This document shows, one piece after another, positions 1 to 15,000 of a DNA stretch of 64,000 nucleotides (position 1 is its first letter; each line of letters begins with the position of its first letter). The position numbers and the translations under genes were made by a program. The notes beneath the pieces are model-generated. The model saw only the letters and a program-made list of their open reading frames with translations. It was not told the DNA's origin and made no database searches. Source of the stretch: Eledone cirrhosa (Eukaryota); NCBI GenBank assembly GCA_964016885.1, contig OZ024743.1, positions 181,040,001-181,104,000 on the forward strand. Reading direction: 5' to 3'.

Positions 1-3000
1 GGAGTACCACTCTAGTTGTGTCACTGATGCAGCCAGTTTTTGGAGTACCACTCTAGTTGTGCCACTGATGCAGCCAGCTGTTTCAGTACCACTCTAGTTG
101 TGCCACTGATGCAGCCAGTTGTTGCAGTACCACTCTAGTTGTGTCACAGATGCAGCCAGTTGTTGGAGTACCACTCTAGTTGTGTCACTGATGCAGCCAG
201 TTGTTGGAGTACCACTCTAGTTGTGCCACTGATGCAGCCAGTTGTTTCAGTACCACTCTAGTTGTGCCACTGATGCAGCCAGTTGTTGGAGTACCACTCT
301 AGTTGTGTCACTCATGCAGTCCGTTGTTGGAGTACCACTCTAGTTGTGCCTATGATGCAGCCAGTTGTTGGAGTACCACTCTAGTTGTGCCACTGATGCA
401 GCCAGTTGTTGGAGTACAACTCTAATTGTGCCACTGATGCAGCCAGTTGTTGGAGTACCACTCTAGTTGTGCCACTGATGCAGTCAGTTGTTGCAGTACC
501 ACTCTAGTTGTGCCACTGATGCAGCCAGTTGTTGGAGTACCACTCTAGTTGTGTCACTGATGAAGCCAGTTGTTGCAGTACCACTCTAGTTGTGCCACTG
601 ATGCAGCCAGTTGTTGGAGTACCACTCTAGTTGTGTCACTCATGCAGTCAGTTGTTGGAGTACCACTCTAGTTGTGCCTATGATGCAGCCAGTTGTTGGA
701 GTACCACTCTAGTTGTGCCACTCATGCAGTCAGTTTTTGGAGTACCACTCTAATTGAGTCACTGATGCAGCCAGTTGTTGGAGTACCACTATAGTTGTGC
801 CACTGATGCAGCCAGTCTTTGGGTACCACTCTAGTTGTGCCACTGATGCAGTCAGTTGTTCGAGTACCACTCTAGTTGTGTCACTGATACAGCCAGTTGT
901 TGGAGTACCACTCTAGTTGTGCCACTGAGGCAGCAAGTTGTTGGAGTACCACTCTAGTTATGAAACTGATGCAGCCAGTTGTTGGAGTACCACTCTAGTT
1001 GTGCCACTGATGCAGCCAGTTGTTGGAGTACCACTCTAGTTGTGCCACTGATGCAGCCAGTTGTTGGAGTACCAATCTAGTTGTGCCACTGATGCAGCCA
1101 GTTTTTGGAGTACCACTCTAGTTGTGCCACTCATGCAGTCAGTTGTTGGAGTACCACTCTAGTTGTGCCACTGATGCAGCCAGTTGTTGGAGTACCACTC
1201 TAGATGTGTCACTGAAGCAGCCAGTCGTTGGGTACCACTCTAGTCGTGCCACTGATGCAGCCTGTTGTTGGAGTACCATTCAAGTTGTGCCACTGATGCA
1301 GTCAGTTGTTGGAGTACCACTCTAGTTGTGCCACTGATGCAGCCAGTTGTTGGAGTACCACTCTAGTTGTGCCACTGATGCAATCAGTTGCTGGAGTACC
1401 ACTCTAATTGTGCAACTGCTGCAGCCAGTTGTTTGAGTACCACTCTATTTGTGCCACTGATGCAGCCAGTTGTTGGAGTACCACTCTAGTTGTGCCACTG
1501 ATGCAGCCAGTTGTTGGAGTACCACTCTAGTTGTGCCACTGATGCAGCCAGGTGTTACAGTACCACTCTAGTTGTGTCAATGATGCAGCCAGCTGTTGGA
1601 GTACCACTCTAGTTGTGTCACTGATGCAGCCAGTCTTTGGGTACCACTCTAGTTGTGCCACTGATACAGCCAGTTGTTGGAATACCACTCTAGTTGTGTC
1701 ACTGATGCAGCCATTTGTTGGAGTACCACTTTAGTTGTACCACTGATGCAGCCAGTTGTTGAAGTACCACTCTAGATGTGCCACTGATGCAGCCAGTCGT
1801 TGGGTACCACACTAGTTGTTCCACTGATGCAGCCTGTTGTTGGAGCACCACTCTAGTTGTGCCACTGATGCAGTCAATTGTTGGAGTACCACTCTAGTTG
1901 TGCCACAAATGCACTCAGTTGTTGGAGTACCACTCTAGTTGTGCAACTGATGCAGCCAGTTGTTGGAGTACCACTCTAGTTGTGCCACTGATGCAGCCAG
2001 TTGTTGGAGTTCCACTCTAGTTGTGCCACTGATACAGCCAGTCTTTGGGTACCACTCTAGTTGTGCCACTGATACAGCCAGTTGCTGGAGTACCACTCTA
2101 GTTGTGCAACTGCTGCAGCCAGTTGCTGGAGTACCACTCTAGTTGTGTCACTGATGCAGCCAGTTGTTGGAGTACCACTCTAGTTGTGCCACTGATGCAG
2201 CCAGTTGTTGGTGTACCACTCTAGGTGTGTCACTGATGCAGCCAGTTGTTGGAGTACCACTCTAGTTGTGCCACTGATGCAGCCAGTTGTTGGAGTACCA
2301 TTCTAGTTGTGCCACTGATGCAGTCAGTTGTTGGAGTACCACTCTAATTGTGCCCCTGATGCAGCCAGTTGTTGGAGTACCACTCTAGTTGTGCCACTGA
2401 TACAGCCAGTCTTTGGGTACCACTCTAGTTGTGCCACTGATACAGCCAGTTGTTGGAGTACCACTCTAGTTGTGCAACTGATGCAGCCAGTTGCTGGAGT
2501 ACCACTCTATTTGTGTCACTGATGCAGCCAGTTGTTGGAGTACCACTCTAGTTGTGTCACTGATGCAGCCAGTTGTTGGAGTACCACTCTAGTTGTGCGA
2601 CTGATGCAGCCAGTTGTTGGAGTATCACTCTAGTTGTGCCACTGATGCAGTCAGTTGTTGGAGTACCACTCTAGTTGTGCCCCTGATGCAGCCAGTTGTT
2701 GGAGTACCACTCTAGTTGTGCCACTGATGCAGCCAGTCGTTGGGTACCACTCTAGTTGTGCCACTGATGCAGCCTGTTGTTTCAGTACCACTCTAGTTGT
2801 GCCACTGATGCAGTCAGTTGTTTGAGTACCACTCTATTTGTGCCACAAATGCCTCTCAGTTGTTGGATTACCACTCTAGTTGTGCCACTGATAAAGCCAG
2901 TTGTTGGAGTACCACTCTAGTTGTGCCACTGATGCAGCCAATTGTTGGAGTACCACTCTAGTTGTGCCACTGATGCAGCCAGTTGTTGGAGTACAACTCT

Positions 3001-6000
3001 AGTTGTGCTACTGATGCAGCCAGTCGTTTTGTTCCACTCTAGTTGTGCCACTGATGCAGCCAGTTGTTGGAGTACCACTCTAGTTGTGCCACTGATGCAG
3101 TCAGTTGTTGGAGTACCACTCTAGTTGTGCCACAGATGTAGCCAGTTGTTGGAGTACCACTCTAGTTGTGCCACTGATGCAGCCAGTTGTTGGAGTACCA
3201 CTCTAGTTGTGCAACTGATGCAGCCAGTTGTTGGAGTACCACTCTAGATGTGCCACTGATGCAGCCAGTCGTTGGTTACCACTCTAGTTGTTCCACTGAT
3301 GCAGCGTGTTGTTGGAGCACCACTCTAGTTGTGCCACTGATGCAGTCAATTGTTGGACTACCACTCTAGTTGTGCCACAAATGCACTCAGTTGTTCGAGT
3401 ACCACTCTAGTTGTGCCACTGATGCAGCCAGTTGTTGGAGTACCACTCTAGTTGTGCCACTGATGCAGCCAGTTGTTGGAGTACCACTCTAGTTGTGCCA
3501 CTGATGCAGCCAGTTGTTGGAGTACCACTCTAGTTGTGCCACTGATGCAGCCAGTCTGTGGGTACCACTCTAGTTGTGCCACTGATACAGCCAGTTGTTG
3601 GAATACCACTCTAGTTTTGCCACAGATGTAGCCACTTGTAGGAGTACCACTCTAGTTGTGCCGCTGATGCAGCCAGTTGTTGGAGTACCACTCTAGTTGT
3701 GCCACTGATGCCGTCAATTGTTGGAGTACCACTCTAGTTGTGCCACAAATGCACTCAGTTGTTGGAGTACCATTCTAGTTGTGCCACTGATGCAGCCAGT
3801 TGTTGGGGTGCCACTCTAGTTGTGCCACTGATGCAGCCAGTTGTTGGAGTACCTCTCTAGTTGTGCCACTGATGCAGCCACTTGTTGGAGTACCACTCTA
3901 ATTGTGCCACTGATGCAGTCAATTGTTGGAGTACCACTCTAGTTGTGCCACAAATGCACTCAGTTGTTGGAGTACCACTCTAGTTGTGCAACTGATGCAG
4001 CCAGTTGTTGGAGTACCACTCTAGTTGTGCCATTGATGCAGTCAGTTGTTGCAGTACCACTCTAATTGTGCCACTGATGCAGCCAGTTGTTGGATTACCA
4101 CTCTAGTTGTGCCACTGATGCAGCCAGTTGTTGGAGTACCACTCTAGTTGTGCCACTGATGCAGCCAGTTGTTGGAGTACAACTCTAATTGTGCCACTGA
4201 TGCAGCCAGTTGTTGGAGTACCACTCTAGTTGTGCCACTGATGCAGTCAGTTGTTGCAGTACCACTCTAGTTGTGCCACTGATGCAGCCAGTTGTTGGAG
4301 TACCACTCTAGTTGTGTCACTGATGAAGCCAGTTGTTGCAGTACCACTCTAGTTGTGCCACTGATGCAGCCAGTTGTTGGAGTACCACTCTAGTTGTGTC
4401 ACTCATGCAGTCAGTTGTTGGAGTACCACTCTAGTTGTGCCTATGATGCAGCCAGTTGTTGGAGTACCACTCTAGTTGTGCCACTCATGCAGTCAGTTTT
4501 TGGAGTACCACTCTAATTGAGTCACTGATGCAGCCAGTTGTTGGAGTACCACTCTAGTTGTGCCACTGATGCAGCCAGTCTTTGGGTACCACTCTAGTTG
4601 TGCCACTGATGCAGCCAGTTGTTGGAGTACCACTCTAGATGTGTCACTGAAGCAGCCAGTCGTTGGGTACCACTCTAGTCGTGCCACTGATGCAGCCTGT
4701 TGTTGGAGTACCATTCAAGTTGTGCCACTGATGCAGTCAGTTGTTGGAGTACCACTCTAGTTGTGCCACTGATGCAGCCAGTTGTTGGAGTACCACTCTA
4801 GTTGTGTCACTGATACAGCCAGTTGTTGGAGTACCACTCTAGTTGTGCCACTGATGCAGTCAGTTGTTCGAGTACCACTCTAGTTGTGTCACTGATACAG
4901 CCAGTTGTTGGAGTACCACTCTATTTGTGTCACTGATGCAGCCAGTTTTTGGAGTAACACTCTAGTTGTGCCACTGAGGCAGCCAGTTGTTGGAGTACCA
5001 CTCTAGTTGTGCAACTGATGCAGCCAGTTGTTGGAGTACCACTCTAGTTGTGCCACTGATGCAGCCAGTTGTTGGAGTACCACTCTAGTTGTGCCACTGA
5101 TACAGCCAGTCTTTGTGTACCACTCTAGTTGTGCCACTGATACAGCCAGTTGTTGGAGTACCACTCTAGTTGTGCAACTGCTGCAACCAGTTGCTGGAGT
5201 ACCACTCTAGTTGTGTCACTGATGCAGCCAGTTGTTGGAGTACCACTCTAGTTGTGCCACTGATGCAGCCAGTTGTTGGTGTACCACTCTAGGTGTGTCA
5301 CTGATGCAGCCAGTTGTTGGAGTACCACTCTAGTTGTGCCACTGATGCAGCCAGTTGTTGGAGTACCATTCTAGTTGTGCCACTGATGCAGTCAGTTGTT
5401 GGAGTACCACTCTAATTGTGCCCCTGATGCAGCCAGTTGTTGGAGTACCACTCTAGTTGTGCCACTGATACAGCCAGTCTTTGGGTACCACTCTAGTTGT
5501 GCCACTGATACAGCCAGTTGTTGGAGTACCACTGTAGTTGTGCAACTGATGCAGCCAGTTGCTGGAGTACCACTCTATTTGTGTCACTAATGCAGCCAGT
5601 TGTTGGAGTACCACTCTAGTTGTGTCACTGATGCAGCCAGTTGTTGGAGTACCACTCTAGTTGTGCGACTGATGCAGCCAGTTGTTGGAGTATCACTCTA
5701 GTTGTGCCACTGATGCAGTCAGTTGTTGGAGTACCACTCTAGTTGTGCCCCTGATGCAGCCAGTTCTTGGAGTACCACTCTAGTTGTGCCACTGATGCAG
5801 CCAGTCGTTGGGTACCACTCTAGTTGTGCCACTGATGCAGTCAGTTGTTGGAGTACCACTCTAGTTGTGCCACAAATGCCTCTCAGTTGTTGGATTACCA
5901 CTCTAGTTGTGCCACTGATGAAGCCAGTTGTTGGAGTACCACTCTAGTTGTGCCACTGATGCAGCCAGTCGTTGGGTACCACTCTAGTTGTGCCACTGAT

Positions 6001-9000
6001 GCAGCCTGTTGTTGGAGTACAACTCTAGTTGTGCCACTGATGCAGTCAGTTGTTGGATTACCACTCTAGTTGTGCCACTGATGCAGCCAGTTATTGGAGT
6101 ACCACTCTAGTTGTGACACTGATGCAGCCAGTCGTTGGGTACCACTCTAGTTGTGCCACTGATGCAGTCAGTTGTTGGAGTACAACTCTAGTTGTGCCAC
6201 TGATGCAGTCAGTTGTTGGATTACCACTCTAGTTGTGCCACTGATGGAGCCAGTCGTTTTGTACCACTCTATTTGTGCCACTGATGCACTCAGTTGTTAG
6301 AATACCATTCTAGTTGTGCCACTGATGCAGCCAGTTGTTGGGGTGCCACTCTAGTTGTGCCACTGATGCAGCCAGTTGTTGGAGTACCTCTCTAGTTGTG
6401 CCACTGATGCAGCCAGTTGTTGGAGTACAACTCTAGTTGTACCACTGATGCAGCCAGTCGTTTTGTTCCACTCTAGTTGTGCCACTGATGCAGTCAGTTG
6501 TTGGAGTACCACTCTAGTTGTGCCACTGATGCAGCCAGGTGTTGGAGTACCACTCTAGTTGTGTCACTGATGCAGCCAGTTGTTGGAGTACCACTGTAGT
6601 TGTGTCACTGATGCAGCCAGTCTTTGGGTACCACTCTAGTTGTGCCACTGATACAGTCAGTTGTTGCAGTACCACTCTAGTTGTGCCACAGATGTAGCCA
6701 GTTGTTGGAGTACCACTCTAGTTGTGCCACTGATGCAGCCAGTTGTTGGAGTACCACTCTAGTTGTGCAACTGATGCAGCCAGTTGTTGGAGTACCACTC
6801 TAGATGTGCCACTGATGCAGCCAGTCGTTGGTTACCACTCTAGTTGTTCCACTGATGCAGCGTGTTGTTGGAGCACCACTCTAGTTGTGCCACTGATGCA
6901 GGCAATTGTTGGACTACCACTCTAGTTGTGCCACAAATGCACTCAGTTGTTGGAGTACCACTCTAGTTGTGCAACTGATGCAGCCAGTTGTTGGAGTACC
7001 ACTCTAGTTGTGCCACTGATGCAGCCAGTTGTTGGAGTACCACTCTAGTTGTGCCACTGATGCTGCCAGTTGTTGGAGTACCACTCTAGTTGTGCCACTG
7101 ATGCAGCCAGTCTGTGGGTACCACTCTAGTTGTGCCACTGATACAGCCAGTTGTTGGAATACCACTCTAGTTTTGCCACAGATGTAGCCACTTGTTGGAG
7201 TACCACTCTAGTTGTGCCGCTGATGCAGCCAGTTGTTGGAGTACCACTCTAGTTGTGCGACTGATGCCGTCAATTGTTGGAGTACCACTCTAGTTGTGCC
7301 ACAAATGCACTCAGTTGTTGGAGTACCATTCTAGTTGTGCCACTGATGCAGCCAGTTGTTGGGGTGCCACTCTAGTTGTGCCACTGATGCAGCCAGTTGT
7401 TGGAGTACCTCTCTAGTTGTGCCACTGATGCAGCCACTTGTTGGAGTACCACTCTAGTTGTGCCACTGATGCAGTCAATTGTTGGAGTACCACTCTAGTT
7501 GTGCCACAAATGCACTCAGTTGTTGGAGTACCACTCTAGTTGTGCCACTGATGCAGCCAGTTGTTGGAGTACCTCTCTAGTTGTGCCACTGATGCAGCCA
7601 CTTGTTGGAGTACCACTCTAGTTGTGGCATTGATGCAGTCAGTTGTTGCAGTACCACTCTAATTGTGCCACTGATGCAGCCAGTTGTTGGAGTACCACTC
7701 TAGTTGTGCCACTGATACAGCCAGTTGTTGGAGTACCACTCTAGTTGTGTCACTGTTGCAGCCAGTTGTTGCAGTACCACTCTAGTTGTGCCACTGATGC
7801 AGCCAGTTGTTGGAGTACCACTCTAGTTGTGTCACTCATGCAGTCAGTTGTTGGAGTACCACTCTAGTTGTGCCACTGATGCAGCCAGGTGTTACAGTAC
7901 CTATCTAGTTGTGCCACTCATGCAGTCAGTTTTGGGAGTACCACTCTGGTTGTGTCACTGATGCAGCCAGTTGTTGGAGTACCACTCTAGTTGTGCCACT
8001 GATGCAGCCAGTCTTTGGGTACCACTCTAGTTGTGCCACTGATGCAGCCAGTTGTTCGAGTACCACTCTAGTTATGCCACTGATGCAGTCAGTTATTCGA
8101 GTACCACTCTAGTTGTGTCACTGATGCAGCCAGTCTTTGGGTACCACTGTAGTTGTGCCACTGTTACAGTCAGTTGTTGCAGTACCACTCTAGTTGTGCC
8201 ACAGATGTAGCCAGTTGTTGGAGTACCACTCTAGTTGTGCCACTGATGCAGCCAGTTGTTGGAGTACCACTCTAGTTGTGCAACTGATGCAGCCAGTTGT
8301 TGGAGTACCACTCTAGATGTGCCACTGATGCAGCCAGTCGTTGGTTACCACTCTAGTTGTTCCACTGATGCAGCGTGTTGTTGGAGCACCACTCTAGTTG
8401 TGCCACTGATGCAGGCAATTGTTGGACTACCACTCTAGTTGTGCCACAAATGCACTCAGTTGTCGGAGTACCACTCTAGTTGTGCAACTGATGCAGCCAG
8501 TTGTTGGAGTACCACTCTATTTGTGTCACTGATGCAGCCAGTTTTTGGAGTAACACTCTAGTTGTGCCACTGAGGCAGCCAGTTGTTGGAGTACGACTCT
8601 AGTTGTGTCACTGATGCAGCCAGTTGTTGGAGTACCACTCTAGTTGTGCCACTGATGCAGCCAGTTGTTGGAGTACCAATCTAGTTGTGCCACTGATGCA
8701 GCCAGTTTTTGGAGTACCACTCTAGTTGTGCCACTCATGCAGTCAGTTGTTGGAGTACCACTCTAGTTGTGCCACTGATGCAGCCATTTGTTGGAGTACC
8801 ACTCTAGATGTGTCACTGAAGCAGCCAGTCGTTGGGTACCACTCTAGTCGTGCCACTGATGCAGCCTGTTGTTGGAGTACCATTCAAGTTGTGCCACTGA
8901 TGCAGTCAGTTGTTGGAGTACCACTCTAGTTGTGCCACTGATGCAGCCAGTTGTTGGAGTACCACTCTAGTTGTGCCACTGATGCAATCAGTTGCTGGAG

Positions 9001-12000
9001 TACCACTCTAATTGTGCAACTGCTGCAGCCAGTTGTTTGAGTACCACTCTAGTTGTGCCACTGATGCAGCCAGTTGTTGGAGTACCACTCTAGTTGTGCC
9101 ACTGATGCAGCCAGTTGTTGGAGTACCACTCTAGTTGTGCCACTGATGCAGCCAGGTGTTACAGTACCACTCTAGTTTTGTCAATGATGCAGCCAGCTGT
9201 TGGAGTACCACTCTAGTTGTGTCACTGATGCAGCCAGTCTTTGGGTACCACTCTAGTTGTGCCACTGATACAGCCAGTTGTTGGAATACCACTCTAGTTG
9301 TGTCACTGATGCAGCCATTTGTTGGAGTACCACTTTAGTTGTACCACTGATGCAGCCGGTTGTTGAAGTACCACTCTAGATGTGCCACTGATGCAGCCAG
9401 TCGTTGGGTACCACACTAGTTGTTCCACTGATGCAGCCTGTTGTTGGAGCACCACTCTAGTCGTGCCACTGATGCAGTCAATTGTTGGAGTACCACTCTA
9501 GTTGTGCCACAAATGCACTCAGTTGTTGGAGTACCACTCTAGTTGTGCAACTGATGCAGCCATTTGTTGGAGTACCACTCTAGTTGTGCCATTGATGCAG
9601 TCAGTTGTTGGAGTACCACTCTAGTTGTGCCACTGATGCAGCCAGTTGTTGGAGTACCACTCTAGTTGTGTCACTGATGCAGCCAGTTGTTGGAGTACCA
9701 CTCAATTGTGCCACTGATGCAGCCAGTTGTTAGAGTACCACTCTAGTTATGCCACTGATGCAGTCAGTTGTTGGAGTACCACTCTAGTTGTGCCACAAAT
9801 GCCTCTCAGTTGTTGGATTACCACTCTAGTTGTGCCACTGATGAAGCCAGTTGTTGGAGTACCACTCTAGTTGTGCCACTGATGCAGCCAGTCGTTGGGT
9901 ACCACTCTAGTTGTGCCACTGATGCAGCCTGTTGTTGGAGTACAACTCTAGTTGTGCCACTGATGCAGTCAGTTGTTGGATTACCACTCTAGTTGTGCCA
10001 CTGATGCAGCCAGTTATTGGAGTACCACTCTAGTTGTGCCACTGATGCAGCCAGTCGTTGGGTACCACTCTAGTTGTGCCACTGATGCAGTCAGTTGTTG
10101 GAGTACAACTCTAGTTGTGCCACTGATGCAGTCAGTTGTTGGATTACCACTCTAGTTGTGCCACTGATGGAGCCAGTCGTTTTGTACCACTCTATTTGTG
10201 CCACTGATGCACTCAGTTGTTAGAATACCATTCTAGTTGTGCCACTGATGCAGCCAGTTGTTGGGGTGCCACTCTAGTTGTGCCACTGATGCAGCCAGTT
10301 GTTGGAGTACCTCTCTAGTTGTGCCACTGATGCAGCCAGTTGTTGGAGTACAACTCTAGTTGTACCACTGATGCAGCCAGTCGTTTTGTTCCACTCTAGT
10401 TGTGCCACTGATGCAGTCAGTTGTTGGAGTACCACTCTAGTTGTGCCACTGATGCAGCCAGGTGTTGGAGTACCACTCTAGTTGTGTCACTGATGCAGCC
10501 AGTTGTTGGAGTACCACTGTAGTTGTGTCACTGATGCAGCCAGTCTTTGGGTACCACTCTAGTTGTGCCACTGATACAGTCAGTTGTTGCAGTACCACTC
10601 TAGTTGTGCCACAGATGTAGCCAGTTGTTGGAGTACCACTCTAGTTGTGCCACTGATGCAGCCAGTTGTTGGAGTACCACTCTAGTTGTGCAACTGATGC
10701 AGCCAGTTGTTGGAGTACCACTCTAGATGTGCCACTGATGCAGCCAGTCGTTGGTTACCACTCTAGTTGTTCCACTGATGCAGCGTGTTGTTGGAGCACC
10801 ACTCTAGTTGTGCCACTGATGCAGGCAATTGTTGGACTACCACTCTAGTTGTGCCACAAATGCACTCAGTTGTTGGAGTACCACTCTAGTTGTGCAACTG
10901 ATGCAGCCAGTTGTTGGAGTACCACTCTAGTTGTGCCACTGATGCAGCCAGTTGTTGGAGTACCACTCTAGTTGTGCCACTGATGCTGCCAGTTGTTGGA
11001 GTACCACTCTAGTTGTGCCACTGATGCAGCCAGTCTGTGGGTACCACTCTAGTTGTGCCACTGATACAGCCAGTTGTTGGAATACCACTCTAGTTTTGCC
11101 ACAGATGTAGCCACTTGTTGGAGTACCACTCTAGTTGTGCCGCTGATGCAGCCAGTTGTTGGAGTACCACTCTAGTTGTGCGACTGATGCCGTCAATTGT
11201 TGGAGTACCACTCTAGTTGTGCCACAAATGCACTCAGTTGTTGGAGTACCATTCTAGTTGTGCCACTGATGCAGCCAGTTGTTGGTGTGCCACTCTAGTT
11301 GTGCCACTGATGCAGCCAGTTGTTGGAGTACCTCTCTAGTTGTGCCACTGATGCAGCCACTTGTTGGAGTACCACTCTAGTTGTGCCACTGATGCAGTCA
11401 ATTGTTGGAGTACCACTCTAGTTGTGCCACAAATGCACTCAGTTGTTGGAGTACCACTCTAGTTGTGCAACTGATGCAGCCAGTTGTTGGAGTACCACTC
11501 TAGTTGTGGCATTGATGCAGTCAGTTGTTGCAGTACCACTCTAATTGTGCCACTGATGCAGCCAGTTGTTGGAGTACCACTCTAGTTGTGCCACTGATAG
11601 AGCCAGTTGTTGGAGTACCACTCTAGTTGTGTCACTGATGCAGCCAGTCTTTGGGTACCACTCTAGTTGTGCCACTGATACAGCCAGTTGTTGGAATACC
11701 ACTCTAGTTGTGTCACTGATGCAGCCATTTGTTGGAGTACCACTTTAGTTGTACCACTGATGCAGCCAGTTGTTGAAGTACCACTCTAGATGTGCCACTG
11801 ATGCAGCCAGTCGTTGGGTACCACACTAGTTGTTCCACTGATGCAGCCTGTTGTTGGAGCACCACTCTAGTCGTGCCACTGATGCAGTCAATTGTTGGAG
11901 TACCACTCTAGTTGTGCCACAAATGCACTCAGTTGTTGGAGTACCACTCTAGTTGTGCAACTGATGCAGCCATTTGTTGGAGTACCACTCTAGTTGTGCC

Positions 12001-15000
12001 ATTGATGCAGTCAGTTGTTGGAGTACCACTCTAGTTGTGCCACTGATGCAGCCAGTTGTTGGAGTACCACTCTAGTTGTGTCACTGATGCAGCCAGTTGT
12101 TGGAGTACCACTCAATTGTGCCACTGATGCAGCCAGTTGTTAGAGTACCACTCTAGTTATGCCACTGATGCAGTCAGTTGTTGGAGTACCACTCTAGTTG
12201 TGCCACAAATGCCTCTCAGTTGTTGGATTACCACTCTAGTTGTGCCACTGATGAAGCCAGTTGTTGGAGTACCACTCTAGTTGTGCCACTGATGCAGCCA
12301 GTCGTTGGGTACCACTCTAGTTGTGCCACTGATGCAGCCTGTTGTTGGAGTACAACTCTAGTTGTGCCACTGATGCAGTCAGTTGTTGGATTACCACTCT
12401 AGTTGTGCCACTGATGCAGCCAGTTATTGGAGTACCACTCTAGTTGTGCCACTGATGCAGCCAGTCGTTGGGTACCACTCTAGTTGTGCCACTGATGCAG
12501 TCAGTTGTTGGAGTACAACTCTAGTTGTGCCACTGATGCAGTCAGTTGTTGGATTACCACTCTAGTTGTGCCACTGATGGAGCCAGTCGTTTTGTACCAC
12601 TCTATTTGTGCCACTGATGCACTCAGTTGTTAGAATACCATTCTAGTTGTGCCACTGATGCAGCCAGTTGTTGGGGTGCCACTCTAGTTGTGCCACTGAT
12701 GCAGCCAGTTGTTGGAGTACCTCTCTAGTTGTGCCACTGATGCAGCCAGTTGTTGGAGTACAACTCTAGTTGTACCACTGATGCAGCCAGTCGTTTTGTT
12801 CCACTCTAGTTGTGCCACTGATGCAGTCAGTTGTTGGAGTACCACTCTAGTTGTGCCACTGATGCAGCCAGGTGTTGGAGTACCACTCTAGTTGTGTCAC
12901 TGATGCAGCCAGTTGTTGGAGTACCACTGTAGTTGTGTCACTGATGCAGCCAGTCTTTGGGTACCACTCTAGTTGTGCCACTGATACAGTCAGTTGTTGC
13001 AGTACCACTCTAGTTGTGCCACAGATGTAGCCAGTTGTTGGAGTACCACTCTAGTTGTGCCACTGATGCAGCCAGTTGTTGGAGTACCACTCTAGTTGTG
13101 CAACTGATGCAGCCAGTTGTTGGAGTACCACTCTAGATGTGCCACTGATGCAGCCAGTCGTTGGTTACCACTCTAGTTGTTCCACTGATGCAGCGTGTTG
13201 TTGGAGCACCACTCTAGTTGTGCCACTGATGCAGGCAATTGTTGGACTACCACTCTAGTTGTGCCACAAATGCACTCAGTTGTTGGAGTACCACTCTAGT
13301 TGTGCAACTGATGCAGCCAGTTGTTGGAGTACCACTCTAGTTGTGCCACTGATGCAGCCAGTTGTTGGAGTACCACTCTAGTTGTGCCACTGATGCTGCC
13401 AGTTGTTGGAGTACCACTCTAGTTGTGCCACTGATGCAGCCAGTCTGTGGGTACCACTCTAGTTGTGCCACTGATACAGCCAGTTGTTGGAATACCACTC
13501 TAGTTTTGCCACAGATGTAGCCACTTGTTGGAGTACCACTCTAGTTGTGCCGCTGATGCAGCCAGTTGTTGGAGTACCACTCTAGTTGTGCGACTGATGC
13601 CGTCAATTGTTGGAGTACCACTCTAGTTGTGCCACAAATGCACTCAGTTGTTGGAGTACCATTCTAGTTGTGCCACTGATGCAGCCAGTTGTTGGTGTGC
13701 CACTCTAGTTGTGCCACTGATGCAGCCAGTTGTTGGAGTACCTCTCTAGTTGTGCCACTGATGCAGCCACTTGTTGGAGTACCACTCTAGTTGTGCCACT
13801 GATGCAGTCAATTGTTGGAGTACCACTCTAGTTGTGCCACAAATGCACTCAGTTGTTGGAGTACCACTCTAGTTGTGCAACTGATGCAGCCAGTTGTTGG
13901 AGTACCACTCTAGTTGTGGCATTGATGCAGTCAGTTGTTGCAGTACCACTCTAATTGTGCCACTGATGCAGCCAGTTGTTGGAGTACCACTCTAGTTGTG
14001 CCACTGATACAGCCAGTTGTTGGAGTACCACTCTAGTTGTGTCACTGTTGCAGCCAGTTGTTGCAGTACCACTCTAGTTGTGCCACTGATGCAGCCAGTT
14101 GTTGGAGTACCACTCTAGTTGTGTCACTCATGCAGTCAGTTGTTGGAGTACCACTCTAGTTGTGCCACTGATGCAGCCAGTTGTTGGAGTACCTATCTAG
14201 TTGTGCCACTCATGCAGTCAGTTTTGGGAGTACCACTCTGGTTGTGTCACTGATGCAGCCAGTTGTTGGAGTACCACTCTAGTTGTGCCACTGATGCAGC
14301 CAGTCTTTGGGTACCACTCTAGTTGTGCCACTGATGCAGCCAGTTGTTCGAGTACCACTCTAGTTATGCCACTGATGCAGTCAGTTATTCGAGTACCACT
14401 CTAGTTGTGTCACTGATGCAGCCAGTCTTTGGGTACCACTGTAGTTGTGCCACTGTTACAGTCAGTTGTTGCAGTACCACTCTAGTTGTGCCACAGATGT
14501 AGCCAGTTGTTGGAGTACCACTCTAGTTGTGCCACTGATGCAGCCAGTTGTTGGAGTACCACTCTAGTTGTGCAACTGATGCAGCCAGTTGTTGGAGTAC
14601 CACTCTAGATGTGCCACTGATGCAGCCAGTCGTTGGTTACCACTCTAGTTGTTCCACTGATGCAGCGTGTTGTTGGAGCACCACTCTAGTCGTGCCACTG
14701 ATGCAGGCAATTGTTGGACTACCACTCTAGTTGTGCCACAAATGCACTCAGTTGTTGGAGTACCACTCTAGTTGTGCAACTGATGCAGCCAGTTGTTGGA
14801 GTACCACTCTATTTGTGTCACTGATGCAGCCAGTTTTTGGAGTAACACTCTAGTTGTACCACTGATGCAGCCAGTCGTTTTGTTCCACTCTAGTTGTGCC
14901 ACTGATGCAGTCAGTTGTTGGAGTACCACTCTAGTTGTGCCACTGATGCAGCCAGGTGTTGGAGTACCACTCTAGTTGTGTCACTGATGCAGCCAGTTGT

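Noticed and set aside
21-31. Hammerhead ribozyme in the satellite monomer (CTGATG)
   Set aside because: The monomer reads CTGATGC, not CTGANGA, and has no GAAA or suitable stems.
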